Part shown: positions 7,653-15,630 of the stretch, in pieces | Layout of the letters: the number at the start of each line of letters is the position of its first letter | Position numbering within the stretch: the first letter of the stretch is position 1 | Assembly: GCA_029976025.1 (NCBI GenBank) | Contig: JARKNX010000133.1 | Span: 85,683-149,682 of the forward strand | Origin: Aggregatilineales bacterium | Lineage (GTDB): Bacteria; Chloroflexota; Anaerolineae; Aggregatilineales; Ch27 | Direction of reading: 5' to 3' | DNA length: 64,000 nucleotides | The notes under the pieces: model-generated | Told to the model about the DNA's origin: nothing | Databases searched by the model: none | What the model saw: the letters and a program-made list of their open reading frames with translations, nothing else | Translations under genes and position numbers: made by a program

Positions 7653-9209
7653 ATGCGACTATTTGTCAGCTATGCCCGTGTAGACAAACCCTACTGTATT
7701 CAGATTGTGGATACGCTGGAAGCGCACGATTCGTGGTTCGATCAGCGTCTGTATGCCGGCCAGAACTGGTGGCAGGAAATCCTCCGCCGGCTGGACTGGT
7801 GCGAGGGATTCATCTATCTGCTGTCGCCTGACTCCGTAGCCTCAGAATACTGCCGCAAGGAGTTCGAGCTGGCGCAAAGCCTGGGGCGCCCTATCTTCCC
7901 CATCCTGATCCATAAGGACCTTAATCTGCCGCCGTCGCTTGCCGAAGTCCACTATGTGGATTTCAGCGAAGGCATCACGGTCGAAGCCGTCACCGGGCTG
8001 CTGAATGCGATCACGATCGCCGAGCGGCGACGCGGCGCCGGCAGCCCGCTGCCGGTCTCGGCCATCGATGCCGAGGATGTCAAGCCTCCGACGCCCGATT
8101 CCGGTCTGGTGATCAGCGCGGCGGCTGAGGCGATGGAGAAGGGCCAGTTCGACAAGGCGGTTTTCCTGCTCAAGCAAGCCAAGGCCAACAATTTTGTCTC
8201 CCAGTTCATCAGCATTGACGCCCTGCTGCAGGAGGCACTGGCCGGTCTGGAGCGGCAGTCGTACCTGCGCGAGGCGGAGCGCGAGTACCGGCAGATTGCT
8301 GATCTGGTCAAGTTCACCCGCACGCGCCGGCTGGGTTGCGAGGCCTTCAAAGCCTTTCGGCAGGCTTTCCCCGATTACGATCCGGACAACCTGTCGGTCT
8401 ACTGCAGCGAGACGACAAATTTTTCCATATCCGCCCCGCTTGAGCGGTTTGCCCCTAAAGAGCCGCCGGCCCCCCCCGTGCCTGCGTTCCGGCTCCCCCT
8501 GCTGGAGTGGTGTCCGGTGCCGGAAGGGAATGTCCTGATCGAGGGCAACGGCAAGACCTACCCGGAGCCTAAGCTGTTTCAGGTGCCGGCTTTTGAGATC
8601 AGCAAATATCCGATCACCAACGCCCAGTATCAGGCATTTCTGGATGATCCGGAGGGGTACGCCAACCCGGCGTGGTGGGAATTTTCGCCGCTGGCGATGG
8701 AAGTGCGGGCGGAAAACGGCGAGCCGAAAGCCCCCCATTTCACGGGGGACGAGCGTCCGCGCGAGATGATCAACTGGTTCGACAGCATGGCGTTTTGTGC
8801 CTGGCTGAGCGACAAACTGGGGGCCAGGGTGACCCTGCCGCTGGTCAACCAGTGGGTGCGGGCCGCCCGCGGCGATTCTAGCTGGGACTTTCCCTGGGGG
8901 GAGCGCTTCATCCGCGAACGGTGCAATACCAGCGAGAGCAAGCTCAAGATGACTTCGCTGGTCAATCGCTACCCCGATGGCGCCAGTCCCTTCGGGGTGG
9001 TGGACATGGCCGGCAATATCTGGGAGTGGTGCCTGAACCCCAAGAATGATCTCGAAGATCAGCCGGAGATCACCAGCAGTCAGGAGCGCGCGGTGCACGG
9101 CGGGTCGTTCATCGGCCCCTCTACCCGGGCCAAGATTTCCTTCCGCTATTATCTGAATCCCAGGCTGTATTACTCCTCTATCGGCTTCCGCGTTGTCAAA
9201 CTGCCATAG
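7653..9209 (+). CDS. TIR domain / helical linker / FGE-sulfatase-fold (SUMF1-like, FGS) domain protein
   Basis: ATG at 7653 (MRLFVSYARVD...). The ORF track offers an alternative in-frame start at 7632. TIR: FVSYARVDKPYCIQIVDTLE...FIYLLSPDSVASEYCRKEFELAQSLGRPIFPILI, with the Glu codon at 7860-7862. Middle region: TPR-like helices (AMEKGQFDKAVFLLKQAKANN). From about nt 8493 the protein has FGE-sulfatase motifs: FEISKYPITNAQYQAFLDD, INWFDSMAFCAWLS, FGVVDMAGNIWEWC, RAVHGGSF...SIGFRVVK. Confidence 0.85.
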   Translation: MRLFVSYARVDKPYCIQIVDTLEAHDSWFDQRLYAGQNWWQEILRRLDWCEGFIYLLSPDSVASEYCRKEFELAQSLGRPIFPILIHKDLNLPPSLAEVHYVDFSEGITVEAVTGLLNAITIAERRRGAGSPLPVSAIDAEDVKPPTPDSGLVISAAAEAMEKGQFDKAVFLLKQAKANNFVSQFISIDALLQEALAGLERQSYLREAEREYRQIADLVKFTRTRRLGCEAFKAFRQAFPDYDPDNLSVYCSETTNFSISAPLERFAPKEPPAPPVPAFRLPLLEWCPVPEGNVLIEGNGKTYPEPKLFQVPAFEISKYPITNAQYQAFLDDPEGYANPAWWEFSPLAMEVRAENGEPKAPHFTGDERPREMINWFDSMAFCAWLSDKLGARVTLPLVNQWVRAARGDSSWDFPWGERFIRERCNTSESKLKMTSLVNRYPDGASPFGVVDMAGNIWEWCLNPKNDLEDQPEITSSQERAVHGGSFIGPSTRAKISFRYYLNPRLYYSSIGFRVVKLP

Positions 9210-9231
9210 AGCGCGCAGCCTCACGCGGCAT

Positions 9232-9278
9232 AAAACAGACAGCGGCCAGATTGTGCCATCTGACCGCTGTTTTGTTTT
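9232..9278. terminator. Bidirectional intrinsic terminator between convergent genes
   Basis: The stem at 9236-9251 pairs with 9258-9273 (ACAGCGGCCAGAT / ATCTGACCGCTGT, one mismatch) around a 6-nt loop. AAAA lies on the left and TTTTGTTTT on the right. It sits between the stop at 9209 (+) and the stop at 9295 (-). Confidence 0.75.
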
Positions 9279-9294
9279 ACCCGGGGCGGGGGCC

Positions 9295-11139
9295 TCAATG
9301 GTGATCGAAGGTCAGCATCGCCACGTTCATCTCGCACCCGTCAGCGAAGCGAATCGACTGATCGGGTGAGAGCGGATTGCCGAAGCCATCCTCAATGCGG
9401 GCGGTCCATGTGTTGAGCTGTGCCGCGTCCGCGCGGACGGCGACTTCAAAGCCGGCGGGGCCATAACGCGGATCGCTGCCGCTCAGGATGTAGCGATCCA
9501 GCCCGGGGCCGAACACATGCACCAGGGTGGCCGGGCGCGGGCTGCCGTCCCCGTTGCGCACCTGCCCGGCGATGCCGAACCACTGGCAGGCCGGGTGCAG
9601 CTCGCTGCGAATCACCATGCCACTGACGGAGTACTGGAAGCCGGGGGTTGGCGTGGCGGTGAAGGTCGGCGTGTAGGGCGCGTGCAGGATGGCCTGAATG
9701 GTCGGGTCGGGCGTGCTCGTCATCGCCGGGACCAGATAGCCGGGATCGCCGTAGGCCGGGACCAGATAGTTGCTGCGCACATCGTTGAATATCTCCCGCG
9801 CCTGCAGCATCAGGTTATAGCCGTTGGTGCCTGCTTCGACCGGCATCACATAGCCGGGCGTCCTGGTGAACCCGTTGCACTGGGTCTGCCACACGGCGAT
9901 GCTCTGACGCAGCACAGCCAGCCCCTCGTTCATGCGATTCACCAGCGGGATGAGCTGCGGGTAATGCTGCTGCTCCCAGGCGGTCAGGGCGTAGTCCGGC
10001 GGCTGCTGCGGCAGGTTGACACACGGCGGCTCGCCGGTCACACCCAGCCGGACATCCAGCCAGATCGCCTCGATCCGCTCAAATTGATCCTGCGCGAAGT
10101 TGAGATGGGCGTGGATTCCCTGTAACTGCACCGTGTAGCTGCCTGTGATGCGGAATAACACCTCATCGAAGGCGGCGCGGGCGCTCTGTATCGCCGGCGG
10201 TCCGCCAGCGATGGCCTGCCCGGTGGCGTTATTCGGCCCGGCCAGACAGGCATCCAGATACCACTGGACGGCATTGTTAAGGTCGTTCAGGCCCTGGTTC
10301 AGCCGGAGCACTGCCTCGATCAGATCGGGGAAGGCATTCCGGTCGGTCGAATTGAGGAAGAAGCGCTCCATCAGCGGAGGGGCGGAGCAGACCTGCGGCC
10401 AGATGCCAGCGCGGAGGCTTTGCCAGGCCGGCTCGATCACGTCCAACGTCGCCCGGGCCTGGTCCAGCGTGCGCCGGATCTGGTCCACCACCAGGAACTT
10501 ATCGCGCGCGTTGGCATCGGTCAGGCGCGCCCCGGTATCTGACGCCGGCGGGACCACTGGCACGTCGTTGATGGTAGCGCCGCTGTCGCTGAACAGGGTG
10601 ATATTGTCCAGGAACAGCCAGCCGACCAGCCCCTCCCACGTGACCTGTATCCAGTCGTTGCTGGCCACGCGCCCGGTCACCGGAAACTCGGCATAGCGGG
10701 GCAGGTTCTGCAGGATGGGGTAGGCCGTGCTCGGCCCGGCGCGCAAGGCCGCGCCGCTGTACTCCAGCCGGCCCTTGAGCGCCCCGGCGGGGCTGCCCCC
10801 GCCCGCGCTCGGCGCGGCGTTGCTGTTGTAGGGGATAGTGCGCGGGTCAGCCAGGGGGAGGGTGTTCACGTCGCCGCTGACGTTGACCACCAGCCGCCCC
10901 ACCCAGCCTTCGCGACCGAGGTAATCAATCCGCACCCATTCCCCATCGACCGAGCGCCCTGTCGCCGTCGCCGTATCAGCGGGGCCCATGCTGCCGATCA
11001 CGGTGGCGCCAATGGCCGGCCACAGCCGCACATTGATGTAATCCCGGTTGGGCGTTACAGTGATAGTCCCCTGCGCCTGGATGAGCGCGGGGAAGATAAT
11101 GCCGATGAGCAGGACGGCAATCAGCGCTCGTTTGAACAT
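9295..11139 (-). CDS. Secreted protein with two SH3b-like domains, otherwise uncharacterised
   Basis: Signal peptide MFKRALIAVLLIGIIFPALIQAQG. SH3b-like segments: YINVRLWPAIGATVIGSM...GEWVRIDYLGREGWV and ALRAGPSTAYPILQNLPRYAEFPVTGRVASNDWIQVTWEGLVGWL. The remaining ~400 aa have no motif I recognise. Confidence 0.7.
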   Translation of the reverse strand: MFKRALIAVLLIGIIFPALIQAQGTITVTPNRDYINVRLWPAIGATVIGSMGPADTATATGRSVDGEWVRIDYLGREGWVGRLVVNVSGDVNTLPLADPRTIPYNSNAAPSAGGGSPAGALKGRLEYSGAALRAGPSTAYPILQNLPRYAEFPVTGRVASNDWIQVTWEGLVGWLFLDNITLFSDSGATINDVPVVPPASDTGARLTDANARDKFLVVDQIRRTLDQARATLDVIEPAWQSLRAGIWPQVCSAPPLMERFFLNSTDRNAFPDLIEAVLRLNQGLNDLNNAVQWYLDACLAGPNNATGQAIAGGPPAIQSARAAFDEVLFRITGSYTVQLQGIHAHLNFAQDQFERIEAIWLDVRLGVTGEPPCVNLPQQPPDYALTAWEQQHYPQLIPLVNRMNEGLAVLRQSIAVWQTQCNGFTRTPGYVMPVEAGTNGYNLMLQAREIFNDVRSNYLVPAYGDPGYLVPAMTSTPDPTIQAILHAPYTPTFTATPTPGFQYSVSGMVIRSELHPACQWFGIAGQVRNGDGSPRPATLVHVFGPGLDRYILSGSDPRYGPAGFEVAVRADAAQLNTWTARIEDGFGNPLSPDQSIRFADGCEMNVAMLTFDHH

Positions 11140-11308
11140 GAGCCTGTTCCCTCACCTGATAGGTCACCCGGTTACTGCCACCAGTGTAGCACAGCCCGCC
11201 GCTGCCGGCATACTCCCAAAGGTCCGGGTCACGCACTGAATGGAGAAGCGGCCCCACGCCCGGTGACCTGCTCCCTGGTCAGAGGCGCGCCCCAATTATG
11301 AAAGACTG

Positions 11309-11337
11309 TTGACAGCCTTTTCAAATTGGTATACGCT
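11309..11337 (+). promoter_or_regulatory. Candidate sigma70-type promoter
   Basis: TTGACA (11309-11314), 17 nt, TACGCT (11332-11337). Confidence 0.4.
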
Positions 11338-11670
11338 GCATGAGAGCGCTCCCCAATACAGATATAAGTTCGAGTCTGAACCAGAATGAGATCGCCAAAC
11401 TGGCCGGGGCATCTCGCACCATTGTGTCGCGTATCCGCACGATTGTCCTGATCTTCTCCGGTGTCGCTCTGCCCCTTTCATCGACTCTTGCTTTTCACTT
11501 AGCTCGCTCATCCCGCTACAAGCATGTCATGGCTCGCTGCCGGGAGAAGATGCCGCCCGTGACGCACCTGGACGATACGCGCTGGCTGCGATGCTACCTG
11601 TTCGAGAAATGAATGGCGCTGGCGGCCCGGAAGCCGGGACGCCGCCGGCATTGGAATATGGCGCAGAGGA

Positions 11671-11704
11671 GGGCGCGGAGCACCCTCCTGCGCCCGCGTT
11701 TTTT
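11671..11704 (+). terminator. Intrinsic-terminator-like hairpin 15 nt upstream of the GH3 start codon
   Basis: GGGCGCGGAG (11671-11680), loop CACC, then CTCC-t-GCGCCC (11685-11695). This gives 10 bp with one bulge. GCG and TTTTTT (11699-11704) follow. Confidence 0.55.
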
Positions 11705-11718
11705 AGAAAGAGAGTGCG

Positions 11719-14427
11719 ATGAACGACCGAATCAGGACGCTGCTGGAGGACATGACCCTGGAGGAGAAAGTATCGCTGCTGGCCGGGGCCGACACGTGGA
11801 CGACCGTGCCGATCGAGCGGCTGGGCATCCCGGCTATCAAGGTGACGGACGGCCCGAACGGCGCGCGCGGCGCGGGCGACATCACCGGCGGTGTGCCGGC
11901 GGCCTGTTTCCCGGTCGGCATCGCCCTGGCTTCCACCTGGAACACCGGGCTGGTGGAACGGGTGGGGCGCGCCCTGGGGCAGGAGGTCAGGAGCAAGGGG
12001 GCGCATATCCTGCTGGCCCCCACCGTCAATATCCACCGCTCGCCGTTGAACGGCCGCAATTTCGAGTGCTATTCGGAAGACCCCTACCTGACGGCGCGCC
12101 TGGCCGTGGCCTATATCAACGGCGTTCAGAGCGAACATGTCGGGGCGACCATCAAGCATTTCGTCTGCAATGACTCCGAATTTGAGCGCAACTCGATCAG
12201 CTCCGAAGTTGCCGAGCGCCCGTTGCGGGAGATTTACCTGCCGCCGTTCGAAGCCGCCGTGCGCGAGGCGAAGGTCTGGGCGGTGATGTCGGCGTACAAC
12301 CGCGTCAACGGGACCTACGCGGGCGAACATGCCCGCCTGCTGCTGGATATTCTGCGTGCAGAGTGGGGCTTTGATGGAATCGTCATATCCGACTGGTTCG
12401 GGACCAGGAGCACGGCGGCCGCTGCCAACAACGGCCTGGACCTGGAGATGCCCGGCCCGACGCAGTGGCGCGGCAGGCAACTGGTGGAAGCGGTCCGCAC
12501 CGGCGCGGTCAGTGCGGAGACGATCGACGCCCGCGCCGCGCGAGTGCTGTCAATCATTGAGCGGGCCGGCGCCTTCGAGAATCCTGTTTTGCAGCCGGAG
12601 CAGGCGATTGACCGCCCGGAGCATCGGGCTATCATCCGCGAGGCCGGCCAGGAGGCGATTGTCCTGCTCAAGAACGATCGGGGTATGCTGCCGCTGGATG
12701 CCGGCAAGATCAGGTCGCTGGCCGTGATCGGCCCGAATGCCAGGGTCGCCCGCATCATGGGCGGGGGCAGCTCACAGGTGCAGGCGCACTACGCGATCTC
12801 GCCTTACGAGGGGATCGTTTCCCGCGTCGGGAGCGGGGTGGCGGTCGGCTACGAGATCGGCTGCGTGAACCATAAAACGATACCGCTGGTGGAAGCGGCC
12901 TGGCTGGAGCCAGCCGGCGGCGGCGGCCAGGGCCTGAAGGTCGAGTACTTCAATAGCCCGGAGCCGGTCGGGACGTCAGTGGGCACGCAGATTCTTAAGA
13001 ATCTCAACCGCTTCTGGATGGGGCAGCCGCTGCCGGGCGTGCAGGAGACGTTCTCCGCCCGCCTCACCGGGAAGCTGAACCCGCCGGAGAGCGGCGTCTA
13101 TACCTTTGGGCTGAGCAGCGCCGGCCTCAGTCGCCTGTATGTCGATGGCCGGCTGGTCCTGGATAACTGGACTTCGCAGCAGCCGGGCGACTCCTTCTAC
13201 GGCATGGGCAGCACTGAGATCACCGCGCCGGTGATGCTGGAAGCCGGCCAGCCAGTCGATCTCCGGCTGGAGTTCAGCCGGCGCGAGAGCGTGGTGGCCG
13301 CCGGGTTCCGCCTGGGCTGTCTCCCCCCCGTCCCCGCGGACGCGCTGGACCGCGCGGCGGCCCTGGCTGCCCGCTCGGATGCCGCCGTTGTATTCGTCGG
13401 CCTGAATGGCGACTGGGACTCCGAAGGGTACGACCGGCCCGATCTGGAACTGGTCGGCGACCAGGTCGCCCTGATCGAAAAGGTGGCCGCCGCCAACCCC
13501 AACACCGTCATTGTGCTGCAGTCCGGGGCGCCGCTCGTCATGCGCTGGCTGGACAAAGTCCCCGCCGTGCTGCAGGCGTGGTACCTCGGTCAGGAGTGCG
13601 GCAACGCCATCGCCGATGTGCTCTTCGGCGACGTATGCCCCTCCGGGCGGCTGCCGCAGACCTTCCCCGTCCGGCTGGAGGATAACCCCGCCTATATCAA
13701 TTATCCCGGCGAAAACGGCCGTGTGACCTATGGCGAGGGGATTTTTGTCGGCTACCGCTACTATGACAGGAAGAAGATCGCGCCGCTATTCCCATTTGGT
13801 TACGGCCTGTCCTACACCCGCTTCACCTATGCCAACCTGCGCCTGAGCGCGGCTGAAATGGCGCCGGGCGATACGCTGCAGGTTTCGGTGGATGTGACTA
13901 ACACGGGGGATCGGGCCGGCAAGGAAGTTGTGCAGCTCTACGTGCGCGATGTGCAGGCTCGCCTGACCCGCCCGGAGAAGGAGCTGAAGGGCTTCGCCAA
14001 GGTGGCTCTGGCCCCCGGTGAGACCAGGACGGTGACTCTGCCGCTGACGCGCAAGGAGCTGGCTTATTACGACGACAGGCGGGCGGAATGGGTCGCCGAA
14101 GCGGGCGTTTTCGATATACTGGTGGGCGCGTCGGCGGCGGATATCCGCCTGCGGGCGTCCTTCACACTGACGGAGACGGCCGGCTTCGATGGCCCGCCCG
14201 GAGTCGCAGCGCGCCGGCCGATGACGCTGGATACGCCGATGAGCGACCTGCTGGCCGATGAAGGCGCACGGGCTGTGCTGTCCCATCATGTGCCGGGGAT
14301 GCTGGAGTCGTCGCAGCTTGTTGGGATGGCGATAGCGTTCTCGCTCCGGCAGCTCGCCAGTTTCGCGCCGGACGTGCTCACCGATGAGGTGCTGGCGGCG
14401 ATTGGAGCTGACCTGGCCGGCCTGTAA
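11719..14427 (+). CDS. Glycoside hydrolase family 3 beta-glucosidase with PA14 insert
   Basis: GH3 motifs KVSLLAGADTWTT, GIPAIKVTDGPNGARG, KHFVCNDSEFER and SDWFG. PA14-like insert: GLKVEYFNSPEP...YTFGLSSAGLSRLYVDGRLVLDNW. C-terminal Fn3-like domain. 902 aa. Confidence 0.9.
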   Translation: MNDRIRTLLEDMTLEEKVSLLAGADTWTTVPIERLGIPAIKVTDGPNGARGAGDITGGVPAACFPVGIALASTWNTGLVERVGRALGQEVRSKGAHILLAPTVNIHRSPLNGRNFECYSEDPYLTARLAVAYINGVQSEHVGATIKHFVCNDSEFERNSISSEVAERPLREIYLPPFEAAVREAKVWAVMSAYNRVNGTYAGEHARLLLDILRAEWGFDGIVISDWFGTRSTAAAANNGLDLEMPGPTQWRGRQLVEAVRTGAVSAETIDARAARVLSIIERAGAFENPVLQPEQAIDRPEHRAIIREAGQEAIVLLKNDRGMLPLDAGKIRSLAVIGPNARVARIMGGGSSQVQAHYAISPYEGIVSRVGSGVAVGYEIGCVNHKTIPLVEAAWLEPAGGGGQGLKVEYFNSPEPVGTSVGTQILKNLNRFWMGQPLPGVQETFSARLTGKLNPPESGVYTFGLSSAGLSRLYVDGRLVLDNWTSQQPGDSFYGMGSTEITAPVMLEAGQPVDLRLEFSRRESVVAAGFRLGCLPPVPADALDRAAALAARSDAAVVFVGLNGDWDSEGYDRPDLELVGDQVALIEKVAAANPNTVIVLQSGAPLVMRWLDKVPAVLQAWYLGQECGNAIADVLFGDVCPSGRLPQTFPVRLEDNPAYINYPGENGRVTYGEGIFVGYRYYDRKKIAPLFPFGYGLSYTRFTYANLRLSAAEMAPGDTLQVSVDVTNTGDRAGKEVVQLYVRDVQARLTRPEKELKGFAKVALAPGETRTVTLPLTRKELAYYDDRRAEWVAEAGVFDILVGASAADIRLRASFTLTETAGFDGPPGVAARRPMTLDTPMSDLLADEGARAVLSHHVPGMLESSQLVGMAIAFSLRQLASFAPDVLTDEVLAAIGADLAGL

Positions 14428-14494
14428 AGGCGCGCCCGGTTGCGCAGCGCCATACGACGCTCGTTTGAAGCGCAGATGATCGGGGGCGGCTCGC

Positions 14495-15376
14495 TCAGCC
14501 GATGGCCAGCGCCGCCGCGCCGTAGTAGAGGTGCCCGTCTTCCGTCGGCGGCTCGCCGCGCCCGTACCACATCCGCATATTGTGGCGCCGGTAGCGCAGA
14601 TCGCAGTTGTGGGCGAAGATCAGGCCCTGCGTGTTGCGCTCAGGGATATCAACCCGCACCTCGCGCCCGATCAGGGTGCTGAGCGCCGTGCGCAGGAGCG
14701 TCTCCGCGCTCCAGGGCGTGCTGGCCGCCCAGGGGCCGATCTGAATTGCGCCGCCGGAGCGCTCGCGGGCCAGCAGGAAGCCCGTCAGCTCGCCGCTCGC
14801 GTCGTCAACCCAGGCCCACTCCGGCGTATCCTGCACCAGCCGCCGCAGGACGCGCCCCCGCGCCACGCCAAAAGCGCGCGCATCCAGCGCCACAACCGCC
14901 GCCAGATCGCCACGCTGGAGCGGCCTGGCCCGCGATCCCAGATAACTGCTGGCCCGGCCGCTCCATATCTCCATGTGGTACAACGGGCGAAAACCGAGCA
15001 TCTCGTACAGCGGGCGGCCCTGCTCGCTGGCATCCAGCAGGACGTGCCGCGTCCCCGCCTGGCTCAGCCCATCCAGCAGCGCCCGCATGATCTGCGTGGC
15101 CAGGCCCTGCCGCTGGCAGTCGGGGTGGGTGATCACACCGCCGATCCAGGCGCGGTCCCGCCCGTATCCGGTCGCCAGCCCGGTCGCCACGATCCGGCCT
15201 TCCTGGTGGAGGCACAGCGCCATCCGCCCCGCCCACAGAATCAGGCGCTCCCACTCCGCCGCGGACAGGCTCCAGCCGACGGCAGTTGACAGCGCGTATG
15301 CTTGCGACGCGTCTTCCAGCCGCAACCGGCGCAACTGATACGGCGACGGCGGCCGTTCTCCCCAGGTCAGCGTCAT
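14495..15376 (-). CDS. GNAT-family N-acetyltransferase (two-domain, YitH-like)
   Basis: RLRLEDASQAYALSTAVGW...ITHPDCQRQGLATQIMRALL (acetyl-CoA-binding Q/RxxGxA-type motif QRQGLA). 293 aa. The antisense 252-aa ORF is Arg/Pro-rich shadow. Confidence 0.75.
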   Translation of the reverse strand: MTLTWGERPPSPYQLRRLRLEDASQAYALSTAVGWSLSAAEWERLILWAGRMALCLHQEGRIVATGLATGYGRDRAWIGGVITHPDCQRQGLATQIMRALLDGLSQAGTRHVLLDASEQGRPLYEMLGFRPLYHMEIWSGRASSYLGSRARPLQRGDLAAVVALDARAFGVARGRVLRRLVQDTPEWAWVDDASGELTGFLLARERSGGAIQIGPWAASTPWSAETLLRTALSTLIGREVRVDIPERNTQGLIFAHNCDLRYRRHNMRMWYGRGEPPTEDGHLYYGAAALAIG

Positions 15377-15630
15377 AACAGGCCCCTCCCGGCATGTAGT
15401 GTATCCGCGCGGGAATTATAATCCCGGGCGCGCCAATACAGGGAACGGAGAACAGGCAGCGGCATCCCCCGGCGCGGGCGGAGGGAGCGCGAGCTTCGCT
15501 TCTCGCTCCGCCGGATAGAGAAGGACCCAACCGGCTTCCATACCGGACCGCCCCGAATATCGTTTGAGCATTTTAACGCCCGACACTATAATGGCCGCAC
15601 ACGCGTTCGATATTCAGGAGCACGCCTGTC

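Noticed and set aside
3-9209. Assigning the TIR cluster to Thoeris, CBASS, Pycsar or a retron-TIR system
   Set aside because: No ThsA-like SIR2/Macro/SLOG gene, nucleotide cyclase, SAVED/Cap effector or reverse transcriptase is present in or next to the cluster. ORF2 alone could fall within the bacterial NACHT (bNACHT-like) class, but the three-gene combination is not a named system I can recognise.
11340-11612. 90-aa ORF with an HTH-like string upstream of the GH3 gene
   Set aside because: It is not called as a CDS. The start lies 3 nt after the candidate -10 box and there is no SD. Only ~20 residues look protein-like. It is kept as a finding (possible leader, sRNA or regulator remnant).
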